In this document: positions 1-10,282 of the stretch, piece after piece
Position numbering within the stretch: the first letter of the stretch is position 1
How the letters are laid out: each line of letters starts with the position of its first letter
Origin: Bdellovibrionales bacterium
Lineage (GTDB): Bacteria; Bdellovibrionota; Bdellovibrionia; Bdellovibrionales; UBA1609
Assembly: GCA_965261545.1 (NCBI GenBank)
Contig: CBDHDF010000002.1
Location: 512,001 to 576,000 of the forward strand
DNA length: 64,000 bases
Direction of reading: 5' to 3'
Program-made: the position numbers and the translations under genes
Notes under the pieces: generated by a model
Seen by the model: the letters and a program-made list of their open reading frames with translations, nothing else
Told to the model about the DNA's origin: nothing
Database searches by the model: none

Positions 1-806
1 TCCCAAAGTTTTTGAGAATAATTTTCCTTCCTTGCCTTAAGCTCCTTAAGAAACTCCCTTAAGTCATCGTTGATGGGAATGGTTCGATTCTCCCGATTCT
101 TCGGTGAAGCTATACCATCCTTAGATGTCCATTGCTTGTTGACTGAAATAAGGCCAAAATCAAGGTCCACATCCTGCCAGCGCAGGGCAAACATTTCTCC
201 CGACCTCATCCCTGTCATCAGAGCAAAAGCCCAAACCTTATAAAACCGATGATTGCACTTAAAGGCTTCTTCCAAAAGAAAATCTACCTCTTTAGAGTTC
301 AAAACCTGTTGTTGAGCTTGGGGAACTTTGACATGAATACCTAGGGCCGGGTTTCTAACAATGATTCCTTCCTCTAGGGCCATCTGAAGGATTCGACTTA
401 TCATCTTCAAGATATTCCTTTGGGAACGAGGTGAAACCTTGTCACCAATCTCAGCAAACACAAGCTCATGAACATCTTGAGGCTTGATCTTATCAAGAAG
501 CTTCTCCACAAAACATTGGGGAAGCCACTTTTTGAGCCCTCCATCGTAACCTTTTACAGTGGATGTCTTTAAAGAAAGTTTCATGCGCTTAAGGCACTCT
601 TCATGCCAATCACTCCATGTCCAATAAATAGGACCACCACCAAAACGTTGATAGAGTTCATTCTTCAATTTAAATTCAAGCTCTTTAGCCTTTCTTTCTG
701 ATGTGATGCCACGCTTTTTTCGGAAATGTTGCTTTTTCCGAGAATCCCTTAAATGAGCAATCACTTCATAAAGTTTTTTGCCATCTTTAAAATAAGATTT
801 AATCAT
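1..806 (-). CDS. int: Tyrosine recombinase/phage-type integrase (3' end outside window)
   Basis: Hand translation from ATG 806: MIKSYFKDGKK...ALMTGMRSGEMFALRWQDVDLD...SPKNRENRTIPI. The box I motif TGMRxGE is present. The start overlaps the upstream xis-like gene. Confidence 0.92.
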   Translation of the reverse strand, partial: MIKSYFKDGKKLYEVIAHLRDSRKKQHFRKKRGITSERKAKELEFKLKNELYQRFGGGPIYWTWSDWHEECLKRMKLSLKTSTVKGYDGGLKKWLPQCFVEKLLDKIKPQDVHELVFAEIGDKVSPRSQRNILKMISRILQMALEEGIIVRNPALGIHVKVPQAQQQVLNSKEVDFLLEEAFKCNHRFYKVWAFALMTGMRSGEMFALRWQDVDLDFGLISVNKQWTSKDGIASPKNRENRTIPINDDLREFLKELKARKENYSQKLW

Positions 807-1068
807 ATAAAACTCCTTTCTGTTGGAGAATATGATTTAAATCTGTGAGCCTGAATCTCAAGTGACTTCCAAGCTTATAAGCTCTGATCTTTCCACGACA
901 CACCCAAATACGAAGAGCATTGGGAGTGATGCGAAGATACTCAGCAGCTTCTTTTGTTGATAGCCACTTTTGCTGTCCTATTGATCGTCCTATTGAATTT
1001 TCAAAGAGCTTTTTCTTTCTACAAGAAACAATATGCGACATAACAACTCCTTTGGCAATAACAGGCAA
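799..1068 (-). CDS. xis: Excisionase-like HTH_17 DNA-binding protein
   Basis: WLSTKEAAEYLRITPNALRIWVCRGKIRAYKLGSHLRF motif; lies directly upstream of and overlaps int. Confidence 0.85.
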   Translation of the reverse strand: MPVIAKGVVMSHIVSCRKKKLFENSIGRSIGQQKWLSTKEAAEYLRITPNALRIWVCRGKIRAYKLGSHLRFRLTDLNHILQQKGVLYD

Positions 1069-1423
1069 TACACAAGGGGCAAATAGGAGGGCCGCTCCAT
1101 TTTATATATAGGAAATCCACCCCATCTTGAGGGTCTAAAGATATTTATTGTTTCATTAAGAGACTAGATGGGAAGACCCATTTGAAAGGGTATGCCCAGA
1201 AACTTCACTTTCCCCATCCCCCTCGGAAAGTCAGTCTTGCGTGATGCGGCGTAGTTGAGCCACCCAAGTCCTACATATGACTATGGAGACTGCTATAAAA
1301 TAATCTTCTCCCTTTTTCGATCCCCTTCTTCGATGAAGAGAAGAAGATGAGGGAAATAATGTATCTTGTAGTCTCCTATAGGATGTGATATTTTATATAT
1401 AAATTAAGCTAAAACTGCATTAT

Positions 1424-1511
1424 GGGCTTGTCCAAAAATAAGTTGAACAATTCTAAGTTTTAAGTCGAAGATAAAAGATTTAAACTGTCCAATTTATTTA
1501 TGGACAAGCCC
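1424..1511. mobile_element. 88-bp MITE
   Basis: Imperfect terminal IR GGGCTTGTCCAAAAATAAGTTGAACA / TGTCCAATTTATTTATGGACAAGCCC with 3-bp TAT direct repeats. A related copy lies at 18353-18440. Confidence 0.7.
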
Positions 1512-1537
1512 TATACTAAAATTTTATCTTAAGCTTA

Positions 1538-1867
1538 GTGGAGTCGTTGGGAGTTATAAGGATGAAAAATCAGAAAAAAGACATCACTGATAACAACACC
1601 AATACAGATCATTTGGTATCCGCTTCAGAGGATGAGAAATATGGTTATACCTTGTGGAATATGCCCCATGATAAGTGGAAAAAGTGGGTAGATTCGATTC
1701 AGTGGGAAGAAATTGTAAAAAGCATAGAAGATATTTCCATTGATCAAGTAAAAATTGATCAAGTAAGAGAAGAGTTTAACAAAAGTGAAGCCAAAAAGAT
1801 TCTAGACAAAGAAAATGAAAAAAGAAATCAATTCAATCCTGACGTCTTAAATATATATCTTGACTAA
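1538..1867 (+). CDS. Small acidic hypothetical protein overlapping the downstream protease gene
   Basis: 109-aa ORF (likely ATG at 1562); its stop overlaps the start of the ORF at 1860. Confidence 0.6.
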   Translation: MESLGVIRMKNQKKDITDNNTNTDHLVSASEDEKYGYTLWNMPHDKWKKWVDSIQWEEIVKSIEDISIDQVKIDQVREEFNKSEAKKILDKENEKRNQFNPDVLNIYLD

Positions 1868-2901
1868 AATGACAATGCACCAACCGCTTAGTTTTAATCT
1901 ATTAGATTTCGACCCCAATACATTCCTAGATGAATATACTACATCAAATCAAATTATTTATCTTCGGAAATATCTCTTTGAAATTGGTGCACAAACTCTC
2001 TTAGAGGAACCCAATTACTTTGACCGAGATTATCTCAGCGAATTTTCTAGCTTCTATGGACACTCTGCCAGAGGGTATAAGAACATATGTAAAAGAATCC
2101 ATTTTTTTAGCGAAAAAATATCTGAAGAAACCTTTAAGAAAGCAATAGGTGGCGAATCAAAAGAATTGAGTCTTTTTCAGAAGGAATATTTAGGATTTAT
2201 TGTCATTCGACCCATTCAAAAAGCTCCCTTGGGAAAAACAGTTTTGAAATGGTATCCAGAGGAACGTCCACAATATCCTAGAATTACAAAACCCTCAAGG
2301 GAGTATAAGGTTGATATTTGTGGAATGGAATTAAAAATCAATGGATTGGCTTGGCAACAACAAGACCAGGGAGTTGCATCATGTGCCACCGTAGCTTTGT
2401 GGAGTATGCTTCAATCTTCAGCTCTTGATGATTATCACTTTATTCCGACGACCTCAGAAATTACAGAGGCCGCACATAAGACAGCATCATTAGGTAGCCG
2501 TATTTATCCAACAAAAGGTTTAACTATATCTCAAATATGTGAGGTACTAAAAGAAGTAGGATTTGCTCCTTGCCTCATAGAAGGTGACATCAAACTACCA
2601 AATGGCTCAAAAGGATTTTCTTTAGAGAAATTTATTAGGACTTGTACCTCATTTATTAGATCCGGTTATCCTGTATTATTGGCTGGTCAATTGGGTATAC
2701 CAGGTTATAGTTATGGTTATCATGCCATATGTGCAGTTGGTTTTAGAGAAAATACTTCTACACCTCCAAAAGGTCAAACAAAAGGTCAAATATTTATTCA
2801 TGACAAGAATATTCATCATTTGTATATACATGATGATAACCTTGGACCTAGTGTAAGATTTCAGATTTTTTATAATCCGAGAGCATCTAATATAGTAACT
2901 A

Positions 2902-5048
2902 GTTCCTGTCCAGGGAAGAAAGTTAAGTAGTTTTAAGTATTTACATGCCTTCCCTTTAGATTTTATGCTTTAAAATGGAGTCCATCAAACATAATCCGTG
3001 TAAATTCAGTTACTTACATAAAACGGAAAAATAAAATAAGTTCCCCCCCCCCTCTCTTGACGAACCTTTCACAGCCCCTCCCTTTCAGTGACTTATGTGG
3101 CTATCAACTGGTTACTTGATATGAGAGGAAGAGTTGGATCAACCTGTGTTTCCACCGTGGTGATTTCAAACCTCCTTCAGGGAAATAACATTACGTTGCG
3201 CATCAACTTCAAAAAATACTTGACGTGTTTTTTCAGAGAAATAATTTTTGATATTTTATTCTTCATTTATTTTTTATGTAGGTTTTAGGAGGCGTGGGAA
3301 CCTCTCTATGAGGTAGAATTCTTATCCATGTTCTCCGAGAACCTCTCTGATTTTTTTCTTCTTAAAAGACATCCTTGCTCACTTTTTTCCCTCAAAAAAA
3401 CGTATGTTAATATAAAAATTAAAGAGAAACTTTCACCAAAGGGGGGACTATGCGCCATTTGAAGAAGACACAGTTGGGACTCTTTTCCCAATATCCTAAC
3501 CACCAACTCAGTACAGAATTGCAGCAAATTAATAACATCATTGATCGCCATCCAGAGTTTGCCCATATGGTTCATGAAGACCTTGTTAAAGAAAAGAAAG
3601 ATTCTGGTGATATTGGTATGACATCGGAGCAAGTTCTCAAGGTGGCTATTCTTAAATCCATAAGAGGTCTTTCCTATCGTGCGTTAGCCTTTAATCTTGT
3701 CGATTCAGTATCCACCAGAGCTTTTCTGGGCCTTGAATTGGAAGAAAATTACGCTCACTCCACCTTACAGGACTTGATTGTTCAAATAAGTGAAGAAACT
3801 TGGGGAATTATTAGCGCCTCTTTAGTTTCAGATGCAAGAGATCAAAAGATTGAGCCGTGTAAGAAAATGAGATTGGACAGTACAGTGACGAAATCAAATA
3901 TTCATCATCCAACGGATGCATCGCTTTTATATGACTGCATAAGAGTTACAGAAAGAGAATTTAAAAAAGTTCGTAAAAATGTCATGAAAGATTTTTGGCG
4001 ACTTATTTCAAGAGAAGATCTTAAGAGAGCAAAAACCTTTCTTTACAAAATTAATAATTCCAAAAATGATGCGGAAAGACTACCTTGCTATAAGGAGCTT
4101 TTAAAAATCGCTACCAAATTGAACAAAGGATTACCTGATACCATCAGAAAGATAAAAAAAGAACAAAAATGTGTGAAGATGAATGCTTTGAAAAAGAGTC
4201 TAAAACAGTTAGAAAATGTTGCCTTCTACCTGGAAAAAATCATCTTTCAAACTCAAAAAAGAGTTATTGAGGGGAAAAAAGTATCTTCTGAAAAAAAGGT
4301 CCTATCCATCTTTGAACCGCATACAGACATTATTGTAAAGGGGCAAAGAGAAGTCGAGTTTGGGCATAAAATCTTTCTGACCTCAGGGCAAAGCAACATG
4401 ATTTTAGATTGTCAGATCCCTGATGGCAACCCCGCAGACTCTGATATGTTTTTAAAAGTTATGAATTCAGTGACACAAACCTATGGGGCTTGCCCTGTAA
4501 AAGTAAGTGCAGATGGTGGGTTTGCTTCAAAAGAAAATCTTGAAGAGGCCAAAGAGATGGGGGCTAAAGATGTTTGCTTCCCAGAAAAAAAAGGAATGAA
4601 AATATTAAAGATGGTTAAAAGTGCTTGGGTCTTTAAAAATCTTCTCAATTGGAGAGCCGGAATAGAGGCTGTTATTTCATTCCTTAAGAGATGTTTTGGT
4701 ATGAGAGTTGCTTACTGGAAAGGGCATGATGGTTTTAAGAGGTATGTAAAGAATGCCGTTTGTGCCTATAATTTTGTTGTCTTGGCAAGACATGAATTAT
4801 CAACTGTCACCTAAATTTATCCATTAGGAATAACAGCAATGGACCAGGTCGAAGGTGCTAAAATCTTCCAAAGGTAGGGGTGCGTCTTCAAATCGAAAAA
4901 ACTAGGGCGCAAGTCGCTTAAAGACCTTTTTCCCCTTAATCTGTAGAGTTTGTGTGGCAAATCTCCAACTCTCACTCCCCCATTGAGGCATTGGGAGGCT
5001 CAATGGGGAGTGTCAGAGAACAAAAAATGGGCCTTTCTGGACAGAAAC
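2902..5048 (+). mobile_element. ISNCY/IS5-like (ISDol1-type) insertion sequence, copy 1
   Basis: IR GTTCCTGTCCAG / CTGGACAGAAAC, 6-bp DR TAACTA. A near-identical copy lies at 58337-60481. Confidence 0.9.
3450..4814 (+). CDS. DDE transposase (ISNCY/IS5-like)
   Basis: RLDSTV...NIHHPTD, SIFEPHTDIIVKG, ADGGF and WRAGIEAVISFLKR motifs. Confidence 0.9.
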   Translation: MRHLKKTQLGLFSQYPNHQLSTELQQINNIIDRHPEFAHMVHEDLVKEKKDSGDIGMTSEQVLKVAILKSIRGLSYRALAFNLVDSVSTRAFLGLELEENYAHSTLQDLIVQISEETWGIISASLVSDARDQKIEPCKKMRLDSTVTKSNIHHPTDASLLYDCIRVTEREFKKVRKNVMKDFWRLISREDLKRAKTFLYKINNSKNDAERLPCYKELLKIATKLNKGLPDTIRKIKKEQKCVKMNALKKSLKQLENVAFYLEKIIFQTQKRVIEGKKVSSEKKVLSIFEPHTDIIVKGQREVEFGHKIFLTSGQSNMILDCQIPDGNPADSDMFLKVMNSVTQTYGACPVKVSADGGFASKENLEEAKEMGAKDVCFPEKKGMKILKMVKSAWVFKNLLNWRAGIEAVISFLKRCFGMRVAYWKGHDGFKRYVKNAVCAYNFVVLARHELSTVT

Positions 5049-5781
5049 TAACTATTAAACCTGACCGACCAGATCTTATGACCGGAATTGATTTAATGGC
5101 AACAGTTCCAGGGATTGATCCAAATATTGGTTATAGTTTCATGCCTGATGTAATTCTGGCGGCAGTTAACAAAAATCTCCGAGCAGATCCAGATGAGTTA
5201 CACAACAGAGGACTCAACATTGTAACGCATTTAAACACTCTTCTATCTCAGACAAGTTTTCAAGAAAGTTTGAATTTCAGCACCCGATTTATTAAGAAAA
5301 CAGATTACATAAGAGGTGAACTATCCCAATTATTGAGAACTCGTCCTGATGAACTTTCAAAAATCCGACTGGAATTGGTTGAAAAGGTAAGACCGATGTC
5401 CAAGCACATTGGTCTCCTCCGTATTGGCTCTGGCCCATACCCTTTTTTTGATATATTATTTGATACCTCAGATAGTTACATTGAAGCCGTGGCAACTGTA
5501 AGTTATCTCGCTAACATGAAAACACTCATTGTAGAATCCCAAAAATTATCTGGTGTGAATTTTGGGCATTATATTGAGGTCACAAAATAGCTTTACTTGG
5601 GTCAAGTTAAACTTCTTTGCTCTCAAGGCTGGGAAGATCCATTTGAAAGACAATTTCTAGAAACCTCTCCTTTGTGATATTTCCATGAATCTTACAATAC
5701 TCCCTATACTTCAAATTCAAGAGATCATCGCCTGAGTAGGTTGATCTTTTTACCTCTCCAGATGCTCATCTCTGAGCAGGC

Positions 5782-6165
5782 TCACAGCCTTAGAGAGGAC
5801 ATCATCAGCAAGAACCTTCCTTCCCCATGAACATCTTGAGGCTTGATCTTATCAAGAAGCTTCTCCACAAAACATTGGGGAAGCCACTTTTTGAGCCCTC
5901 CATCGTAACCTTTTACAGTGGATGTCTTTAAAGAAAGTTTCATGCGCTTAAGGCACTCTTCATGCCAATCACTCCATGTCCAATAAATAGAACCACCACC
6001 AAAACGTTGATAGAGTTCATTCTTCAATTTAAATTTAAGCTCTTTAGCCTTTCTTTCTGATGTGATGCCACGCTTTTTTCGGAAATGTTGCTTTTTCCGA
6101 GAATCCCTTAAATGAGCAATCACTTCATAAAGTTTTTTGCCATCTTTAAAATAAGATTTAATCAT
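5782..6165 (-). pseudogene. int: Truncated integrase N-terminus
   Basis: Matches int up to KPQDVH, then reads into unrelated sequence; no catalytic domain. Confidence 0.85.
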
Positions 6166-6469
6166 ATAAAACTCCTTTCTGTTGGAGAATATGATTTAAA
6201 TCTGTGAGCCTGAATCTCAAGTGACTTCCAAGCTTATAAGCTCTGATCTTTCCACGACACACCCAAATACGAAGAGCATTGGGAGTGATGCGAAGATACT
6301 CAGCAGCTTCTTTTGTTGATAGCCACTTTTGCTGTCCTATTGATCGTCCTATTGAATTTTCAAAGAGCTTTTTCTTTCTACAAGAAACAATATGCGACAT
6401 AACAACTCCTTTGGCAATAACAGGCAATACACAAGGGGCAAATAGGAGGGCCGCTCCATTTTATATATA
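5826..6469 (-). repeat. Direct duplication of 467-1110 (xis plus 5' part of int)
   Basis: Near-identical sequence at an offset of 5359 bp. Confidence 0.95.
6158..6427 (-). CDS. xis: Excisionase-like HTH protein, second identical copy
   Basis: Protein identical to 799-1068. Confidence 0.85.
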   Translation of the reverse strand: MPVIAKGVVMSHIVSCRKKKLFENSIGRSIGQQKWLSTKEAAEYLRITPNALRIWVCRGKIRAYKLGSHLRFRLTDLNHILQQKGVLYD

Positions 6470-6775
6470 TAAACAGGATCAGTAAGTAACTGATATAACT
6501 AAGCTTTTAGATCAAAGATCCAAAACCATGCCAAAAACACACCCCCACACAAGACCTAAGACCCCAACCATGACGCTTTTTACCAAATGTCAAAAAAAAT
6601 CAAAAATAAAACTTGACTCTTAAATAAAAGGTGGTAAACGAGATTGGACACGATGCGTCTATTCCTGTGCGTTGATTTGGCCCTAGGAACAAAAGCACTT
6701 GAAACTAAATAAAAAAACATAAACAACAACTAAGAGATAAAAAATGAAACGATTGAAACGATAAGGAGTCATTCT

Positions 6776-7651
6776 ATGAAAAATCAAATAAAAATCATCA
6801 TTGTAAGTTTAGGAATTCTTCTAGGAACAGTCCAAGTGGCTTGGTCTGATGAAACCACACACGAATGCAATGAGACAAACTTTAAGGAGTATGTATTTTC
6901 CAAAGAGAAAATCGATGATCTCATTAAAAGAACTCAAAAAGGTTGCTACCTTAGAGGGGCTGATCTCACAGGGGCTAATCTCTATAAGGCTGATCTCACA
7001 ATGGCTAATCTCATAGGGGCTAATCTCAAAGGGGCTTATCTCAGACGGGCTAATCTCAATAAGGCTAATCTCTATAAGGCTGATCTCTATAAGGCTGATC
7101 TCACATGGGCTAATCTCAGACGGGCTAATCTCTATAAGGCTGATCTCACATGGGCTAATCTCACAGAGGCTGATCTCACAGGGGCTTATCTCAGAGGGGC
7201 TTATCTCAAATGGGCTTATCTCACAGGGGCTAATCTCTATAAGGCTAATCTCACATGGGCTAATCTCAATGGGGCTGATCTCACAGGGGCTAATCTCACA
7301 GGGGCTGATCTCTATGGGGCTGATCTCTATGGGGCTTATCTCAATGGGGCTAATCTCTATAAGGCTAATCTCACATGGGCTTATCTCTATGGGGCTTATC
7401 TCAGAGGGGCTTATCTCACAGGGGCTAATCTCTATAAGGCTAATCTCACATGGGCTAATCTCAATGGGGCTGATCTCAAAGGGGCTAATCTCACAGAGGC
7501 TGATCTCAAAGGGGCTTATCTCAGAGGGGCTTATCTCACAGGGGCTTATCTCTATAAGGCTAAGTTCGTCAAAGATGGTCCAGACAAAACCATCTTTCCA
7601 AAAAACTTTGGTGATCCTATAGACCGAAGAATGGTGGAAATTCAACCTTAA
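6776..7651 (+). CDS. Secreted pentapeptide-repeat protein
   Basis: Signal peptide (MKNQIKIIIVSLGILLGTVQVAWS), about 40 A(D/N/Y)Lxx repeats, AAGGAG RBS. Confidence 0.92.
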   Translation: MKNQIKIIIVSLGILLGTVQVAWSDETTHECNETNFKEYVFSKEKIDDLIKRTQKGCYLRGADLTGANLYKADLTMANLIGANLKGAYLRRANLNKANLYKADLYKADLTWANLRRANLYKADLTWANLTEADLTGAYLRGAYLKWAYLTGANLYKANLTWANLNGADLTGANLTGADLYGADLYGAYLNGANLYKANLTWAYLYGAYLRGAYLTGANLYKANLTWANLNGADLKGANLTEADLKGAYLRGAYLTGAYLYKAKFVKDGPDKTIFPKNFGDPIDRRMVEIQP

Positions 7652-7808
7652 GATAAAAGGAAGTACGCAAATTCCAATCTTCCTGCCGCCAAGGCTTTGA
7701 AAGTCTTCCAGTCTTGGCAAGCTTGACACCTTTCGGCCCCCTTTTTATGAGGGGGCGCTTCAGGTATTTGCTTGCAATAAAACGATTGAAACGATAAGGA
7801 GTTATTCT

Positions 7809-8158
7809 ATGAAAAATCAAATAAAAATCATCATTGTAAGTTTAGGAATTCTTCTAGGAACAGTCCAAGTGGCTTGGTCTTCTGAAACCACACACGAATG
7901 CAATGAGACAAACTTTAAGGAGTATGTATTTTCCAAAGAGAAAATCGATGATCTCATTAAAAGAACTCAAAAAGGTTGCGACCTTAGAGGGGCTGATCTC
8001 ACAGGGGCTTATCTCTATGGGGCTTATCTCTATGGGGCTTATCTCACAGAGGCTGATCTCACAGGGGCTTATCTCAAAGGGGCTGATCTCAGACGGGCTA
8101 ATCTCACAGGGGCTAATCTCAATGGGGCTAATCTCTATGGGGCTAATCTCACAGGGGC
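7809..8158 (+). pseudogene. Second pentapeptide-repeat paralog, truncated by an element end at about 8159
   Basis: N-terminus nearly identical to 6776 but with a different repeat order. The repeats stop abruptly at TGTGATCCAATAC. Confidence 0.85.
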
Positions 8159-9069
8159 TGTGATCCAATACTTTATTTTGACGGACTTTTCATGGGTTCC
8201 TTTGACCTCGAAGCAATTTTTATGATTTTATCCTGACTGAGTTTAAGTTGTTGAGAGTGATATTTTGATTAGCAAGGTGTGTCGAGGTGAAGTGAGTGAG
8301 AAAAGGATGACTGATTCTCTCTGTTTGGTTTGCTCTCCCGCCTGGTGGCTCAAGAAATTAAGAGCACTTGAGATTTCCAAGTTCTCTTGGAAGGATAATT
8401 TCGCTGTATCTGATTTGATGGATTATTTTTGGAAGCCTAGTTCCTGGCATTTAAAGCAGGAGATCCTCCCACAGGTGGTGGCTACTTGCTTGAATCGAAC
8501 GCAACATCCTGTTGCGGATCTTTCAGTCTCGGGCTCCTGCCCTCGCCCCTCAGCCCCAGGGGGCTTTCGGGTACGACTGAAAGATTCTTAGTCTCGATTC
8601 CACATTGAGAGGAGATTGAGAGGAGCCTCCTATCCAGTGGGACTTTATTTGGCCCCTCAGGGAGAATAACTACCGACCATGTAGTTTAAATAAGTTCTGT
8701 GGCGGCTTGGCGAACATGTTCTTCTGTAATTTGTTCTTCAGAAGCTTTCATACATGCAATCAATGAACCTCTGGCAATCAAATTGGCTTTTCTTAGCAAG
8801 CCTCCAGAGCCCTGCCAAATGGCTGTGACAGCATTATCTGTCATGAGTTTATTCTTGATTCCAGAGATTTTAAGGTGATGATCTAGATAATTTCTCATAT
8901 TTTCTTCATTAAGAGCTGGTAGGTGAGCGTGGGTCATCACACGAGAAGCCAAGGGCAGAGAAGTTCTATACTTCAATTTATCAAGAAGGTTATTCTGTCC
9001 CACCAAAATAAGTGAGAATCTTTTTTCAGAATCAAAGTTGAATTGGTTAATCGTATGCAATTCAGCAAA
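8159..9069 (-). mobile_element. Remnant of a TGT-ended transposon carrying an ExeA-type AAA ATPase (C-terminal part, 8686-9069)
   Basis: FSLILVGQ..L..KL..LASRV motif. The same terminal about 90 bp recurs at 39042-39131. Cut by IS21 at 9070. Confidence 0.65.
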
Positions 9070-9499
9070 TGTTAGGCGCCAATTAAAATTGGCCATTTTT
9101 AGAAGCCGTCGCCAATGAAAAACGGCCAGTTGATGATGTACTGATTTAGTTATTCTTCGTTCAGAGTTTAGTCAAGTGTCTTTATTTTGCTCATCATTTA
9201 ACTCGGACTATGCCACAAGATTCTGAGGAATGATTTTCTGCCCACCACTTTTGGCATGACCCCAAATGCATCCTTCAGCCCTATGGCAGAGGTAAATGGA
9301 GTATTTTTCAGGATTCCTTGGCGCAGCTAATGTCTAAAGCTCCGCGAGAGTGACGAGCAAATAGTACGGTAAAAGCCAGTTATCCATAAATTTATCCATG
9401 GCGACACTGCGGCTGTGACCCCGATGTCTAGCAACGCAGTGCTGCTGTGGATAAATTTTGTGGATAACTGGCGAGTTCCTTCCCCAAAAGTGGGGATCT

Positions 9500-10282
9500 C
9501 TAATGAACTTCTTTGGTTGAACTTTCCTCTTTGCTCTGTTTAGACTTGGCTTTTGCCGATTCGGTTCTCCAACTTTCTTTTCCTTCAATGTTGAGGGTTT
9601 CACAGTTGTGAATAATTCGATCAACAGCAGCAGCGGTGGTAATAGGGTTAAGAAACACCTTATCCCATTCAGAGTAAGTTAAGTTTGTAGTGATCATGAG
9701 ACTTTTCCTTTCATATCGCTGAGATATGAATTGAAAGAAAAGATCAGCACCCTCTGTGCAGGAAGCTGTATAGCCAAGTTCATCACAAGCAATAAGATCA
9801 AAACGGTCTAATTTCTTAAAAAGAGCATTCAATGAGAGTTCTTTCTTGCTTTCACGCATTGTTTCAATAAGTTCATGAGTGGTGACCCATAAACATCGAT
9901 AGCCTTGTTCACAGAGTGAACGAACTAGGGACATGGCCAAATGACTTTTCCCCATTCCAAAGCTTCCGTAAAACACAACATTACAGGCTTTTCTGACCCA
10001 CTCTCCCTCTGCCATCCAATTAATTTGCTGAGCTGTCACTCCCGTTCTTTTCTGGAAGTTATAAGTTTGGAGTGATTTAAGTTGAGGAAGCTTGGCCCCC
10101 TTAAGCAATCTTTTCACTCTCTGGGAATGCTTGTCAGCAAGCTCATTTTGAACGAGTATACCTAAATACTGTTCATACGTCTTTTTTGTTTTTTCGGCAA
10201 CTCTAGCCGTTGCAACATATTCATCCGCCATCGCTGGAAGTCGGAGTTTTTTAAGAGAACCTATAAGTTCTTCGTGATTCAT
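9500..10282 (-). CDS. istB: IS21 helper ATPase
   Basis: Walker A GSFGMGKSHL, DELGY, ITTNL...W..VF, AAVDRIIH. Confidence 0.95.
   Translation of the reverse strand: MNHEELIGSLKKLRLPAMADEYVATARVAEKTKKTYEQYLGILVQNELADKHSQRVKRLLKGAKLPQLKSLQTYNFQKRTGVTAQQINWMAEGEWVRKACNVVFYGSFGMGKSHLAMSLVRSLCEQGYRCLWVTTHELIETMRESKKELSLNALFKKLDRFDLIACDELGYTASCTEGADLFFQFISQRYERKSLMITTNLTYSEWDKVFLNPITTAAAVDRIIHNCETLNIEGKESWRTESAKAKSKQSKEESSTKEVH

Larger units (their letters stand above)
1860..5590 (+). pseudogene. Papain-like (C39-like) cysteine peptidase domain protein, about 525 aa, split by an IS
   Basis: Q..C motif QQQDQGVASCATVALW, His in YHAICAVG, Asp in IHDD. Removing IS 2902-5048 and one TAACTA restores the frame NIVT-IKPDRPDL... 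through to the stop at 5590. Confidence 0.75.

Noticed and set aside
4952..5054. N-terminus of ORF 4952-5590
   Set aside because: Derived from the IS right end; the rest is the C-terminus of the interrupted protease.
6821..8168. Long antisense and alternate-frame ORFs (EISP/GLIS repeats)
   Set aside because: Shadows of the stop-free 15-nt pentapeptide repeats.
9375..9472. Replication origin suggested by DnaA boxes
   Set aside because: The boxes lie inside multi-copy IS elements, with no dnaA or rep gene nearby.
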